A DNA stretch of 63,984 nucleotides, counting the filler. It is 13 parts of 13 records of this genome, joined end to end, with 100 filler letters (N's around TTAATTAATTAA, not from the genome) between each part and the next. Parts side by side here need not be neighbours in the genome. Positions count along the whole stretch, not along the records: positions 8,689 to 12,589 come from SRR7504441_9710; positions 12,690 to 19,929 come from SRR7504441_9714; positions 20,030 to 24,655 come from SRR7504441_9717; 10 more parts are not named here. The stretch is one strand, 5' to 3'. Of the stretch, positions 11,784 to 23,283 are shown in pieces. The notes below the pieces were generated by a model, which saw only the letters and a list, made by a program, of their open reading frames with translations, was not told where the DNA came from and did no database searches. A program made the translations under genes and the position numbers. Position 1 is the stretch's first letter. Each line of letters begins with the position of its first letter.

Positions 11784-12589
11784 TTATTGACCTGTTGGCC
11801 AACGCCACCCGGCCAGCTTGCATGTGAGTGCCGCGCTCTCGACCATCCCGCGGCCGAGCAGCGCCTGGCGCCAGCCCTCCTGCGCCTCCCACAGCACCCG
11901 CTGCATCAGCTCTTGTTTGTCCCCGGCCGCCCGCTCCGGTAGCCCGGCCGCTTCGCGCTCAAACTCACCCAGTGCCCGAGTCAGCTCCGCAGCACACGCC
12001 TCGAGCTCCTCCAGCTCACCCGCCCGCCGGATCTCCCCCGAACACCGCGCGTGCGCCGCCACCAGCGGGTCCCCCGCCGGCTGTGGGAGACCCTGGGCTG
12101 GTTGGAGCGACGGGTCGTTCTCGGTGGCGATTCGCTCCAGGGTCTCCCACAGCCCCGGCGAGATCCGCCCGCCAGACGGCTCGACCATCATCCTGTCCGG
12201 TGCGGCCGAAGCTGGGCGCTGCGGGCGGGCTGCCGGCGTGGTTGCGCGCTGGTGCCGCCGTCTGGCGGGGGCGGTGGTCGGTCGGTGGGTGGCCGAGATG
12301 GTTATGAGGCAGCTCTGTTCGTCGGGCGGGTGTCGGAGCTCCTCGGGGGACATGGGCATGATGGAGTCAAACCCGGCCCGCTGCAGCTGCGAGGCGAGCA
12401 CCGCCATCTCGCGCCCCAGTGCCCGCGAGTTCATCAGCGAGCCTGCCAGTGGCCGGGCGGTCGGGCGCTTGGAGAAGCGCGGCGGGCCGTACGCCACTCC
12501 GCCCGGCTGGCGGCGCGGCCGGCCAGCGGTGTGTGGCCTCCTCGCCAGGTTGGTTGCCCGGACAACGTCGCCCTGCCACATGTGCAGTG
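11784..12589 (-). CDS. Hypothetical protein, coiled-coil C-terminus, 5' truncated
   Basis: ORF ending ELEELEACAAELTRALGEFERE..KLAGWRWPTGQ*. Confidence 0.45.
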
Positions 12590-12689
12590 NNNNNNNNNNN
12601 NNNNNNNNNNNNNNNNNNNNNNNNNNNNNNNNNTTAATTAATTAANNNNNNNNNNNNNNNNNNNNNNNNNNNNNNNNNNNNNNNNNNNN

Positions 12690-14248
12690 CCCCCCCCTTC
12701 AGCCCGAGCTAAGCACCGCCCGGTGCCTTGTCCTGCACCGCCCGGATCCGCCGCTCGGTGTCGATTTTCTCACTCAGAATCTCGGCTTGGTCCTGATAAA
12801 ACCGTCGTATCGCCTCGCGCCGCTGCTTCTTCTCGAGCTGCTGTCTCTTGATCTGTCCCTGCCGCCGCCTCTGCTCCTCCCGCAGCGCCTCCCGCTCCAC
12901 CTCCGGCCCGGCTCAGCCCGGCCGGTCGGCACAAGCACCTTGACTGCTGACACAAACAACTGCTTGAACGCCTGCTCGTCCTTGCTTGCCTTCCGTATAG
13001 TCCTCGAATGAGACTCCCGCTCCAAGTCAGCCATGAACCTGCCCGCCCGCTCACCCCCGGTGCCATGCCCTCCCCGCACCGGTGCCGCCTCACGTCGCTT
13101 GCCCGCTTCTTATGCACATCGTTTCTCCTCTTGACAGCGTCGCGCTTGGCTGAAGTCAGCTGCAGCTTGACTCAGCCAGTCGCACCCGCGGCTCCCACCT
13201 TCTCCGACCGGGCCAGCTTGCCCTTGCGCTTGGCCTGGTTCTCGTAGAAGTTCTGCTTCTTCTGCACTACTTCCTGCTGCTCCTGCTGTGACTGCCGACC
13301 AGTCAGCGCCACCCATCTGGCAGCCAGCACCAGCGAATCCGGCAGCTGGGTGGCTGCCGAGTCCATGTTCTCTATGTACGGCCGGAGCAGCGCCGTCTGG
13401 GATGCTAGGTACCTGTCGCCCTGCTCAGGCCCCGCCCCGCCAGCCAGCCACCGGCTCAGAACGGATCGGAACAGTCGATCCGGTACGGGGTGGTGCTCCA
13501 TCTCGTGCGATGGCTCGCCCACCCTGCGCCCACTCAGCCGGCGCCCGCCCGGCCGGCGCACAGCTCGGCCTCGTCCAACGGTTCCTCCGGCCGCGCGTTC
13601 GGATCATGCCGTGCGAAGATCTGGATTAAGTCACAAATCATCTGACACAGCCTCAGCCCAGCAGCTGCCGGCGCGCGCCTCCGTATTGGCCAGGCAGATC
13701 TGCTCGCCGGAGATCCCGTTGGTGTCGACGCCCAGCTGACCGGCCTGTCGGCGGCCTGTCGGCAGGCCGGCGTACCTCTGCCTGCAGGCAGTCTATGACC
13801 AGCTGCGTGTTGTTGAAGAAGTGCTTCAGGTTGCTGCCGGCCGGTCCGCCGCGCCAGGGCCGGGGCCGCACCGGGGCTCCCGCTCGATCCCGTCGATTTG
13901 GACGTTGAATATCCGCTCGTAGATCTTTGGCAGATGCTGGGTGAAGCTCAGCTCCTGTCGCACCGCTCAGACCGGCCCAGCCGCCGGCCCGACCTGCAGC
14001 TGCTGGAAATTGGCCACGCGCAGGTTCATGCCGTTGTTCTCCAGCACGCGGTTGATCAGCCTGACCGCCTCTGCACCGCCTGCTCAGCCCGCCACGAGCG
14101 GGTGCAGCGCACGCTCGGTCCGCTCATCCTCGCGGTCCACTTTGCTTTTGGCGGCGGCGGTCGAGCGCTTGGACCCGGCGGACTTGCTGCCCTTGCCCCC
14201 CCTCCTCCGGCCCTGCCGGCTGCCAGGCCGCGGGGCTGCTGCTCGCAT
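12690..14248 (-). CDS. CEP95: CEP95-like centrosomal protein, 3' truncated
   Basis: N-terminal CH-like region (IYERIFNVQIDGIER..NTQLVIDCL..GISGEQICLAN). C-terminal EQAFKQLF..EAIRRFYQDQAEILSEKI resembles CEP95. Confidence 0.7.
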
Positions 14249-14352
14249 CACTGCTGACGCTGCGCTGCTTTCTGGCCAATACCCTTCTCTGGAACTGCCA
14301 GCCTCTAACGGACGAGATCTCGTCCGTTAGATCAGATGTCACGGCTCTGAAA

Positions 14353-15294
14353 ATGCTGCGGAGGGCAGTGCAGAAGCGCCGCCTTCACAAGGCGGCACCG
14401 GCGGTACGCCGTGTGCTGCACCAGCTGTTCTTCTGCTACTACTACACCAAGCTCCGGGCGGTCCGTCGACGCGAGGCCGGGATGGACGGGCCGGTCGGCA
14501 CACAGCTCCGGGCGGCCAGGGCGGCCGCCGACCAACTCCGGCGGACCGGCGAGCGTCTCGGGCTCGAGGCCGGGCGGCTGGGCCAAGTAGGCGCGGTCTC
14601 CCCGGAGTGCCAGCGGCTCGCCGAGCGGTTGCTGCGGGAGCTGGAGGCGGGGCTGGGGCAGGCGGGCGAGGCGGTATCGGTGGCGGTGGGCGAGCTGTGG
14701 CGGCAGCTAGGCCAGATCGAGGGGGAGCTGCGCCCGCTGGGCCGATGGCTGGCCGCGGGAGGCTCGGCGGCGGAGCTGCGGGCTCGGCAACGGAAAGCGC
14801 ACCGGCTGGAGATGAGCATGGGGCTGCCCAAGGCGGTGGAGATGCCGGCGCGGGACCTAGCCGGGCAGGTCGGGCCGGGGCTGGTGGGCTGGGTCAGTCG
14901 GCCGGGGGCGGATGGGCTGATGCTCCAGCTGCGGGCGATGCTGGGCGGTCGGGCGGTCGGTTGGGGCAAGTTGCGAGGGATGCTGGCCTGTTGTGACACC
15001 CAGATGGAGCCGGTGGAGCTGGAGGAACTGCTCCAGGCGCTAGAGAGCCGGACAGGGCCGGACGGACTGGTCAGCTGGGCCGACGGATTGCGGGTGGTCT
15101 TCTTGGCGGCCGTGCTGGCCGCTGGTGCCGACGTGGAAGCATTCGAGGGGTTGAGGGCAGGGCGGAGCAAGCTGGTGCAGCGCTGGTTCGGAGGGGACGT
15201 GCCTCGGGAGCAGCACCAGGCGCTGGTAGGTGGGCGCTGGAAGGCCTCGTTCGACGCCGCTCGCGGGGCTACTTGCTACACGTTTTGGCAATAG
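14353..15294 (+). CDS. Hypothetical helical protein
   Basis: 313-aa ORF divergent from CEP95 and followed by an AT-rich spacer. Confidence 0.5.
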   Translation: MLRRAVQKRRLHKAAPAVRRVLHQLFFCYYYTKLRAVRRREAGMDGPVGTQLRAARAAADQLRRTGERLGLEAGRLGQVGAVSPECQRLAERLLRELEAGLGQAGEAVSVAVGELWRQLGQIEGELRPLGRWLAAGGSAAELRARQRKAHRLEMSMGLPKAVEMPARDLAGQVGPGLVGWVSRPGADGLMLQLRAMLGGRAVGWGKLRGMLACCDTQMEPVELEELLQALESRTGPDGLVSWADGLRVVFLAAVLAAGADVEAFEGLRAGRSKLVQRWFGGDVPREQHQALVGGRWKASFDAARGATCYTFWQ

Positions 15295-15587
15295 AGTGCT
15301 GTGTAAGTACAACGAGTACTTGAGCTCGTACTGCGTATACGAATACGTACAACATGAGTACTTTAGGTTTGGTACAGGCTAAGGCTTCAACTAACTATAA
15401 TTAGCGTCCATGCATGAACTGTGGTTATCGGTATGCGTCTACGAACGAAGACACTAGCCGTCTTGTACCGGAGATGCCCGTCACGCCCTCCACAGTATAC
15501 GGGTACGAGGTAAGTAGAGAGCCAGCTACTCCATGGCTCAGGCCAAGCGGCCATCATTACGCTATTGTACACGGGCTGCGCGCAGCG

Positions 15588-16146
15588 TCAGACGCGCATC
15601 AGCTCCATCAGCCGGGCCGCGTACTCGGGCTCGGGCAGCTCCTCGCACGGGAAGTTGTCAGAGAGCTGAGCAACCCGCACCGCCGCGCAGTGCTTGCACT
15701 GCCGCAGGTTAGCCCAGCCCCGGCCGGCCAGCTCACCAGCCCGGGGTCGCCTCGGGCCACCAGCCGGCTGAACGCCTCGCAGCTGCAGTAGTGGCTGAAG
15801 CACAGGTACCGTTCGGTTTTGCCCTGGGCCTGCCCCGGCCGTCGGGCCGGCCTGCTGCCCGGGCCACTTCATAGAAGCAGCGCCCGCTGGCCGCCCCTAC
15901 CAGCGCCTTAAGCTTGCGCCGGTCGATCTGCCCCGGCCCTCCCGGCCGGCCCATCCCGGCGGGGCACCAGGTCGAGAGCGGCCAGGGCGGTCGGTTTGCC
16001 GTAGAGCACGCACAGACTGCTCCGGCTCGGCGGGGCCGGCAGGGGGGGGGGCACCTCTTGAGGGCCAGGTCGTCGAGCTCGGGCCCGGGCAGCCAGCGCT
16101 GGGCGGCCAGGGCCTGCAGGTCGGCCGCGGGCTCCGGGTGGGCCAT
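15588..16146 (-). CDS. ZSWIM7: SWIM zinc-finger protein ZSWIM7/SWS1
   Basis: Splicing four 38-40 nt GT-AG introns gives ..ALAALDL|IDRRKL..YLCFSHYCSCEAFSRLV..GL|CKHCAAVRVA (SWIM CxC..CxH). Confidence 0.82.
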
Positions 16147-16276
16147 CACAGCCCGCCCCTCCGAGTGGTTCGGTACCACCGAGGTTTTATTAAATTTTTA
16201 TTATCTACGTAAAAGTGGTCGAGTGGTTGTTAACCCTCATTCAATGTAATGACAATCCGAACACGATGAGCCTCCA

Positions 16277-17785
16277 TTACGGGGGGACCGACACCACCGC
16301 AAAGAGCAAATAAGTGAGCACCCCCGCCGCTGCCACCGTGGTCGCCATGCACAGCGCTGCCCGCTACAGGTTCAATCGCCGCCCGGCAAGCGAGCCGACC
16401 TGGGAAGCTGCGCTGGAACAACGTGTGGACCGACGGGTCGCACTCGGTCTTCCACTGGTCGCCGAAGAAGAAGCCGCATCCGAGCAGCACACCCACCACC
16501 GCAGCTGCCCGCCGTCAGCGCCCAGCGAGAGCCCACGAGGGACCGGCTAGGCTGCCCCAGTTGTCCACGTGGCTGTCCATGATCCCATAGAGGCCCAGGA
16601 TCAGCATCTGGAGCACCAGCCCGCACAGCTGGGTCTTCTGGCCGCTCAGCGCCGTCGGGCTCTCGGGAGTCCATCGTGCTAGCACATCAGCCACCTTGGC
16701 CCCAAACAGCCCTAGCAGAGCGCCAGTCGATCCGACGCACAGCCGGTTCGGATCGGCGCAGCACCCGAGCAGCCCCCCCACCACCGCCGCGCTGCAGTAA
16801 ATCAGCGCGGTCCGCCTGCGCTCCGGTGAGCACTGGCCTAGTGGCACGCACCGCCAGCCCCAGCCCTCGCTCACCCTATGCAGCTCGACCTCCTCCTCGC
16901 GCGAATCGTCGCTGCTCCGATAGTCGCCGAGCAGCCCGAGCCCAGTCTCAAACAGCCAGCAGCTGGCCATCTGGGCGAATATGTCCCACGCGAGGTGAAG
17001 CAGCCCCGAGTGTAGCAGCACAGAGCTGAGCAATCTGTACACCTGCCCCCCCCAGGCTGAACCGCGAGCGGAGGCAGCGCCACCTGGTATTTGTGCACGA
17101 TCAGCCCAGGGTCCTTCCCGCCCATCTCCCTGAGCACAGAGTCGCCAATGTTGCACCAGTTCGACAGCTCGCCCTGCTCAGCCGCCAGCCCACATTCGAC
17201 AGCAAACACAATGATCTGAACGGTGGCCATCAGCCCGCAGAAGCTCTGCAGCCAGCTCCGGCGCATGTTGCGCAGCCAGGTGGGCTTGCAGGGGTCGCCC
17301 AGGCAGCACGGGCAGCAGGTGCCGCAGCAGAGCACCGCGCATCGGGTGTGCTGCTCGTTATCATCCCACTCGTCGAAGTCCGTTACCACCCCCCGGCGGT
17401 ACCCGATCGCCGTCCCGGTCGGCGGGTGCGAGATCGGGGCCCCCACCACCACACCCTCCTCATCTGGCCTGGCCTGAGCCTGGTCCCACTGGGGGCCACA
17501 CCTGTCGGGCCGGGCGGGATCAGCAGCTCGGAGTCCGTCGACCCGTACCCTTCAGCCAGCAGACCTGCTCTCCCTGCTCGCCGCCCTGCCAGCATCGACG
17601 GCCCCACCCGGATGACTGTCGATCGGTCGGGCGGTGGGTGGCCGGTCTGGTGTTCGATTGAGCGGCGTCGGCTCGGAGGAGGCCCGCTCCAGATCCGACG
17701 GACCGGCGCCCTCCTGCACGATCTCGCCTGGCCGCGCAGTCGGGCGAGGCGTGCGGCCGACAGAACCGTTCACAATGAACACCAT
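16277..17785 (-). CDS. Rhomboid-family membrane protein, predicted catalytically inactive
   Basis: YRLLSSVLLHSGLLHL, VGSTGALLGLFGA, HVDNWGSLAA; multi-exon, start MVFIVNG. Confidence 0.8.
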
Positions 17786-17989
17786 CGTGTTCGCTTCACA
17801 AAGTCCGGTGCCCCATTCTGTGTGTGACGCTATCAAGTCCGTTGTGATGGCGGCGAGTCTTCACGTTGTGGGTGGCGGCGCGCGCGCGCTGGTACTACAG
17901 TAGTAGGGGGGACGACACCCCACGCAAGTATCCGGATACGTACGGTCATCGTGTCGTGCGGTGGCGATCACTTTGCGATCACTTGAGAT

Positions 17990-18973
17990 ATGGACGCGGC
18001 TACAGGTGCAGCGCCGGCCGACGACCGCGCGCCGTGCCTGCACGACGGCGCGGCCTCTCGCATGCCGCAAATGGAGTTTGGGAAGATGAAGAGCGATCTC
18101 GCCAGGCAGCGGAGGCATGCCGTCAGTGAGGTGTGCAAGCTCGGGGCAGTCGACTGCAACACTGCGCAGGAGTGGGATCGGTGGTGCCTATCGACGGCGC
18201 TTACACCGCCACCCGTCTCGCTGGCAGCGTGGCACGACAGCTTGGGAGGCACGACGGTCGTGACTTCGCAATCAGTGTCAGATGGCGGAGGCTTCCAAGG
18301 CGACCTCGTCTTCGCAGTCGGCGACATGATCAACCTTGCGGCCGAGTCCGCAGGGCGTGGGATTCCGACAGCAGTACTCAACATGGCCAACGCACGGACG
18401 CCGGGCGGTGGCTTCTTGGGCGGCTCTCGCGCGCAGGAGGAGCAGCTTTGCCACCGAAGTGACCTGTACCCGCGCCTAAAGGTGGCGTGCTCGCGAGGCG
18501 CCTACCCACTGCAGAATGGTGTGGCCCTGCTCACGCCTCGGGTGACGCTGCGGCTCTGCGATCGTGCCGCACACTTCGCAGCCCTGGCGCAGCCACCGTT
18601 GTTGGCAGTGGTGACGGCGGCGGCGGAGCGCTATAAGAACGAGGGCGCCGCGCGCAGAGACGCGGCTCTAACTGACTCGCTGGAGGCGACATGGCGCGGC
18701 GTGCTCGAAGCAGCGCGGAGCAGCGGGGCGCATCATCTAGTGCTCTCCGCCATCGGCAGCGGCGCGTTCAGCAATCCGCCAGACGTGGTGGCCGCGGCGC
18801 TCGTGGGCGCGCTACGTGCATGCGCCCCGGGTGCGGCGCTGTGCAGAGTCACTGTGTGCGTGCTCGATGACCACAACAGCCGCGACAACGTAGCGCGGTT
18901 CCGGTCGGTCATGCTCCAGGCCGGAGCGCTAGAGGAGGTGGCGACAGATGAGCCGGCCGGTGAGTGTTGTTAG
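17990..18973 (+). CDS. Bacterial-type poly(ADP-ribose) glycohydrolase (TIGR02452/DUF2263 macrodomain)
   Basis: AVLNMANARTPGGGFLGGSRAQEEQLC (GGG-x6-QEE) and LVLSAIGSGAFSNPP; intronless. Confidence 0.88.
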   Translation: MDAATGAAPADDRAPCLHDGAASRMPQMEFGKMKSDLARQRRHAVSEVCKLGAVDCNTAQEWDRWCLSTALTPPPVSLAAWHDSLGGTTVVTSQSVSDGGGFQGDLVFAVGDMINLAAESAGRGIPTAVLNMANARTPGGGFLGGSRAQEEQLCHRSDLYPRLKVACSRGAYPLQNGVALLTPRVTLRLCDRAAHFAALAQPPLLAVVTAAAERYKNEGAARRDAALTDSLEATWRGVLEAARSSGAHHLVLSAIGSGAFSNPPDVVAAALVGALRACAPGAALCRVTVCVLDDHNSRDNVARFRSVMLQAGALEEVATDEPAGECC

Positions 18974-19367
18974 GCTCACCGCGCGATTGCGGCTGACTCC
19001 GCGCGCTCCGCAGCTCTATTAATTAACATACCGTAGCTGACGTCGACGTATAGCTGACGTGTACAACATGTTTTCAGGGGAAACGTGCTAGGCTAATATG
19101 AAAGCTCGCCGTGACCATGTAAAGATTCATCATGAATCTTACCGTATGAAATCAAGATTTCATGTAAGTTTATACGAATGCATAATTATGGCGTCTTATA
19201 TAATATAATCACGGCGGCATATTTCCACCGATTTGATTCAGATTTGGTGCGCCTATGTTGACCAATGTGTCGAATGTGTTATAGCTTCATGAGGCGGTCC
19301 ATCATTCGTAGCTCTCCAACAATAGATTGCACAAAGTAGGAGGGCCACTGAGTGCTCAGGCCAGCGC

Positions 19368-19929
19368 TCAGAAGAGGAACCGCTTGAGCCAGTCGATGAT
19401 GCCGCCGAGCGCGCTCAGCCTCATCACCTCGGCCTGTGCCTGCTGCGGGAACATGCACAGCCCGGTGCCCTGGATGCTCTCACAGGAGCCTCCCTTGGGG
19501 CACTCGGAGTCGCTGGAGCATACCAGCGCGCAGTTGGTGGGCGAGCTCGAGCCAGACGCCTCCAGGATGCACTGGGCCTTGGCTGCCACGCCGGATGGCG
19601 GCGCGACGCAGTGCTTGGAAAAGATCCCGCCGGTGCAGCTTGGGGAGCAGAACGCGCCGCTTAGTCCCTGCACTTGGACGGGCTGCTCGTCGCTGGCGCA
19701 GGGCGGGGCCTCGTACGGTCCGGAGCTCGGGGTCGGGGTCGGTGTGGGGGTGGGAGGGCTTGGCGGAGTAGGCGGTGTCGGAGGAGATGGACCAGGAGCA
19801 GGCGCATCGCCGATCACCGGGTAAGAGGGCTGGGCGGCCACTCCGCACTGGCCCTTGGCGGAGGAGACGCCCTTGGCCAGCATGATGTAGCCCTCTTGGC
19901 CCCAAGTGGCGCCCCACGAGTTCTTGACC
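19368..19929 (-). CDS. Papain-like C1A cysteine protease, C-terminal part with Pro/Thr linker and Cys-rich extension
   Basis: VKNSWGATWGQEGYIML..GQCGVAAQPSYP, a PT linker, then a 10-Cys domain. Confidence 0.88.
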
Positions 19930-20029
19930 NNNNNNNNNNNNNNNNNNNNNNNNNNNNNNNNNNNNNNNNNNNNTTAATTAATTAANNNNNNNNNNNNNNN
20001 NNNNNNNNNNNNNNNNNNNNNNNNNNNNN

Positions 20030-22246
20030 AACGCGTCTAGCCTCAACCTGAGCCTGGCCACGGGCATCCGCGCACTGGACCCCGGCAACTACCCGCCCGT
20101 GATCAGCTTCCCTTCGCTCGGCGGCGGCCGACTGAGCCGCCTGCGCTACCTGACTTGGCAGAGTAGAATGCTCCAGCCCGAATACGGCCGGGACGTCACG
20201 ACCGGGCCGCCCGCCCAGAACGAGCCGATCATCCGGGGCCGAGGGCTGCAGGGTCTATCTAGCTCTGGGCCGGTCGCACTGTTTGATGACCCGACCCGTG
20301 CTACGCTGGTCGTCTCCCCCCTGGACAACTTCAAGAGCGCCGTGCACTACTTGCGGCGAGAGGACCATGTCGTCTGGTGGGAGACCGGCGTGACGAGCGA
20401 GCTTGAGTCGCTTCCTGTTGGGTTTGAGCACAGCACGTTGCTGGTCGCGGGGGATGGACTGACGGCGACTATGGAGCGATGGGGTCGCGCAGTGCGGGCG
20501 GTGCACGGGACAGACCGCAGCCTAGTGGGTCAAGATCGGAACGTGCAGTACTTATCGTATTGGACGGATAACGGGGCTTACATGAGTGGAGGGGCGTGGG
20601 GCGAGGCCGGCGGTGGCGGGAATCCAGTGAACGAGACCGGATTTAGAGCGGTTAAAGCTGGGCTGCAGAAGCAAGGGCTCTGGGACGCGGTGGCGATATG
20701 GCAGCTGGATGACTGGTGGTACTATGGCCGAGGGAGTGAATACTCTGACTGTGTCACTAACTGGTCGCTGCCTCCAGAGACTTTCCCTTCAGGGCTTGGC
20801 CAGCTCTCGAAAGATCTCAAGCCTTGGTTGCTGTATGTACCGTTCTGGTGTCCCGAGAACGTCTACAACGAGAGCTTCCGTTGGATACACTCGGTCAATC
20901 CAGGCAACCCGCAGCTCGTGTTCGCAGAGCCCCACCCGGAGGACGCTCGACGATTCTATAAGTTTCTGTTTGAGTATGGCCGTCAAAACGGGATGGCTGG
21001 GTACGAGCAGGATTATCTCGACTACAACTACCTCGCCATGCCCTACCTGCGCCGCACGAGCGGCGCGGCCCACACATGGCTCGCGGGGATGGACGGGGCG
21101 GCTCTAGAGCGGACGCCTCAGGTGCCGGTGCAGCTGTGCATGGCACTGCCTTCGGATTTGATGGCCAGTGTCCAGCTGAATAGTGTGACCAACTACCGAG
21201 CGAGCACCGACTATGGCATTAATGATTCATCGATGCCGCTCCAACCGCACGACGACAACTTGAACATCGGATCGTCCTCGCTGCTCGGCTGGGCGCTCGG
21301 GCTACGGCCGTCCAAGGACATTTTCTGGAGCTCTCGACCGGACAACTGCCGCAACGCCGACCCGCAGACCGACCCAAAGGCCTGCGGCCGATGGGGGGCG
21401 CACACTAATCCTGGATCTAACTGTGAGCTCAACGCCATTGTCGCTACGCTCTCCACTGGTCCGGTGAGCCTCGCTGACAAGCCCGGGGCCACAAACGTGA
21501 CACTCGTTCGGCGTTGCGTTCGGCAGAACGGGAAGATCCTGCAGCCCGACAAGCCGGCGACGACGGTCGACTCGCTCTTTGGGCTCGAGCAAGCGCCGAT
21601 ACCAGCCACGTCAGCGATGATCAGCGCGGCGTCGACTGTACTGCCTATCGATGCAGGTGGTGCGCCGGTCAGTGAGCTCGCATGGCATTACGTCCTCTCA
21701 GTTGACACCCCCGACGGCGGTTACAAGCTGGTCGAAGAGGATCTGTTCCCTCGGATGCGACCCAGTTTCGAGCGGTTTGTGGCCCACAGTTGGTTTGCGC
21801 CGCACGGGCATGCTCCGACCGCCTGCGTGGACGGCAGCCGCGCGATGGCCTCCGGTTGCGTGGCAGCCGCCGTGTCTTCCGCGGCCGACATCCCTACGCT
21901 GCGGAACGTCCGCCCACTAATGGTGCAAAACGATACGCACCGCTTTGATTTGCTTGTACTCGCGCCGATCGCACCTAACGGCTGGGCGCTACTGGGTGAG
22001 GCTGGCGTGTATGTGAGAGTGAGCCGCGACCGCTTTGACGCGGTTGCATTTCCAGCTGCTGGTGGAATCCTGGCCGAGCTGAGTGGCAGTGAGGGTGAGA
22101 CGGTTGTGCTGACGGCCCTGGAGCCAGTGAACGTTGCTGAGGGAGAGGGAGCAGCGGTGGCTGCGGGGAAAGAATGGGCAGTCAGAGAGCGGCGAGTCAC
22201 GTTCGGAGCCTCTGGGCGTGCCAAAGTGACTTTTGCCCCAGAATAA
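20030..22246 (+). CDS. Putative glycoside hydrolase, clan GH-D-like (GH27/GH36/raffinose synthase-related), 5' truncated
   Basis: YWTDNGAY, WQLDDWWY, FPSGL, YEQDYL, YRASTDY, STGPVSLADKPG, GKILQPDKP; no introns seen. Confidence 0.6.
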   Translation, partial: NASSLNLSLATGIRALDPGNYPPVISFPSLGGGRLSRLRYLTWQSRMLQPEYGRDVTTGPPAQNEPIIRGRGLQGLSSSGPVALFDDPTRATLVVSPLDNFKSAVHYLRREDHVVWWETGVTSELESLPVGFEHSTLLVAGDGLTATMERWGRAVRAVHGTDRSLVGQDRNVQYLSYWTDNGAYMSGGAWGEAGGGGNPVNETGFRAVKAGLQKQGLWDAVAIWQLDDWWYYGRGSEYSDCVTNWSLPPETFPSGLGQLSKDLKPWLLYVPFWCPENVYNESFRWIHSVNPGNPQLVFAEPHPEDARRFYKFLFEYGRQNGMAGYEQDYLDYNYLAMPYLRRTSGAAHTWLAGMDGAALERTPQVPVQLCMALPSDLMASVQLNSVTNYRASTDYGINDSSMPLQPHDDNLNIGSSSLLGWALGLRPSKDIFWSSRPDNCRNADPQTDPKACGRWGAHTNPGSNCELNAIVATLSTGPVSLADKPGATNVTLVRRCVRQNGKILQPDKPATTVDSLFGLEQAPIPATSAMISAASTVLPIDAGGAPVSELAWHYVLSVDTPDGGYKLVEEDLFPRMRPSFERFVAHSWFAPHGHAPTACVDGSRAMASGCVAAAVSSAADIPTLRNVRPLMVQNDTHRFDLLVLAPIAPNGWALLGEAGVYVRVSRDRFDAVAFPAAGGILAELSGSEGETVVLTALEPVNVAEGEGAAVAAGKEWAVRERRVTFGASGRAKVTFAPE

Positions 22247-22390
22247 TTAATTCGGTAAACATACTCGTACTTATAAAATGCGTAACCTCTTACACGGAGT
22301 CTGGTTATTAATAATAGTATATCACGATCCAGAAAAGTGCCAGAAAAGCTCTAGAAAAGCTCGATACAGAGTCAGGCCCAGGATCTTTAC

Positions 22391-23254
22391 TTACCTGATT
22401 GTATTGTTTGAAAGGCCTAAGCTCGACAGGCTCAACTCCCTCCGCCAGTCTCCCGCGTGCTGCAGCTTATCGCGTGCTTGAGCGTACTCGTACTCTGAGT
22501 CCCAGCTTTGCCACACCGCCATCCAATCCTCCTCGTCCGGCTCTGAGGCCGTATCATAAGTGGTGTCATACTCTACAGACTCATTGCGCTCCTGTGCCAC
22601 CGCCCTGCACAGCTCGCCCAGCCCTCCCTGCACCCTCGCCGCGCGCAGCCTGCTGTCCAGCTCGCTGCAGTCCCGCAACAGCGTGTCCAGCCTGGCGTGC
22701 ACCTCCTGCATGTTCAGCCCGCCCTGCCCTCCCACCGGCCGTGGCTGGAGACTGCCTCCCGATCCGGCTCCACTCCGGCACCAGCCCTGCGACCGGCCAG
22801 CCGACAAACGGGCCTCACTCTCGCACAGTCCCAACGTATCCCAGCGAGTCCAGCCCCCCAGCACCGGCCTCGGCTCCGGGCTCGATTCCATGTTGCTGGT
22901 CCACTTGATCGAAGAGTCCATGGACTGCTTGGAAGTGCCCCTCCTCAGCGCCGCCTCGAGGGCCCGGTTTCGTTTGGTCAGACGGTCCAAACGCTCCAGC
23001 CGGCGCCCGGCTTGCCTGCCACCGGCTCGACGGGGCCCTGCGCACGGGGCACACCGCTCGCACCAGCCTGCGGCGCGCTGGGCGGATTGAAGGTGGCTGG
23101 TGAGCTGTGCGGTGCGCTGGGCCAGGTGCGGGGCCGAGGCTGGTCCAAGCGGCAGCCGGTCGGCGGCAAGTTGCTGGGCGAGCTCAATAAAGAAGCTCGG
23201 AGGCCCATTACCCCCCGCTGGCCGCCCCCCGTGAGTGCCCCTCATGTCAGGCAT
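22391..23254 (-). CDS. Hypothetical coiled-coil protein
   Basis: LERLDRLTKRNRALEAALRR..EVHARLDTLLRDCSELDSRL; probably contains in-frame short introns. Confidence 0.45.
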   Translation of the reverse strand: MPDMRGTHGGRPAGGNGPPSFFIELAQQLAADRLPLGPASAPHLAQRTAQLTSHLQSAQRAAGWCERCAPCAGPRRAGGRQAGRRLERLDRLTKRNRALEAALRRGTSKQSMDSSIKWTSNMESSPEPRPVLGGWTRWDTLGLCESEARLSAGRSQGWCRSGAGSGGSLQPRPVGGQGGLNMQEVHARLDTLLRDCSELDSRLRAARVQGGLGELCRAVAQERNESVEYDTTYDTASEPDEEDWMAVWQSWDSEYEYAQARDKLQHAGDWRRELSLSSLGLSNNTIR

Positions 23255-23283
23255 TGGAGCTCCAACGACAGCCCTCGGAGTAA

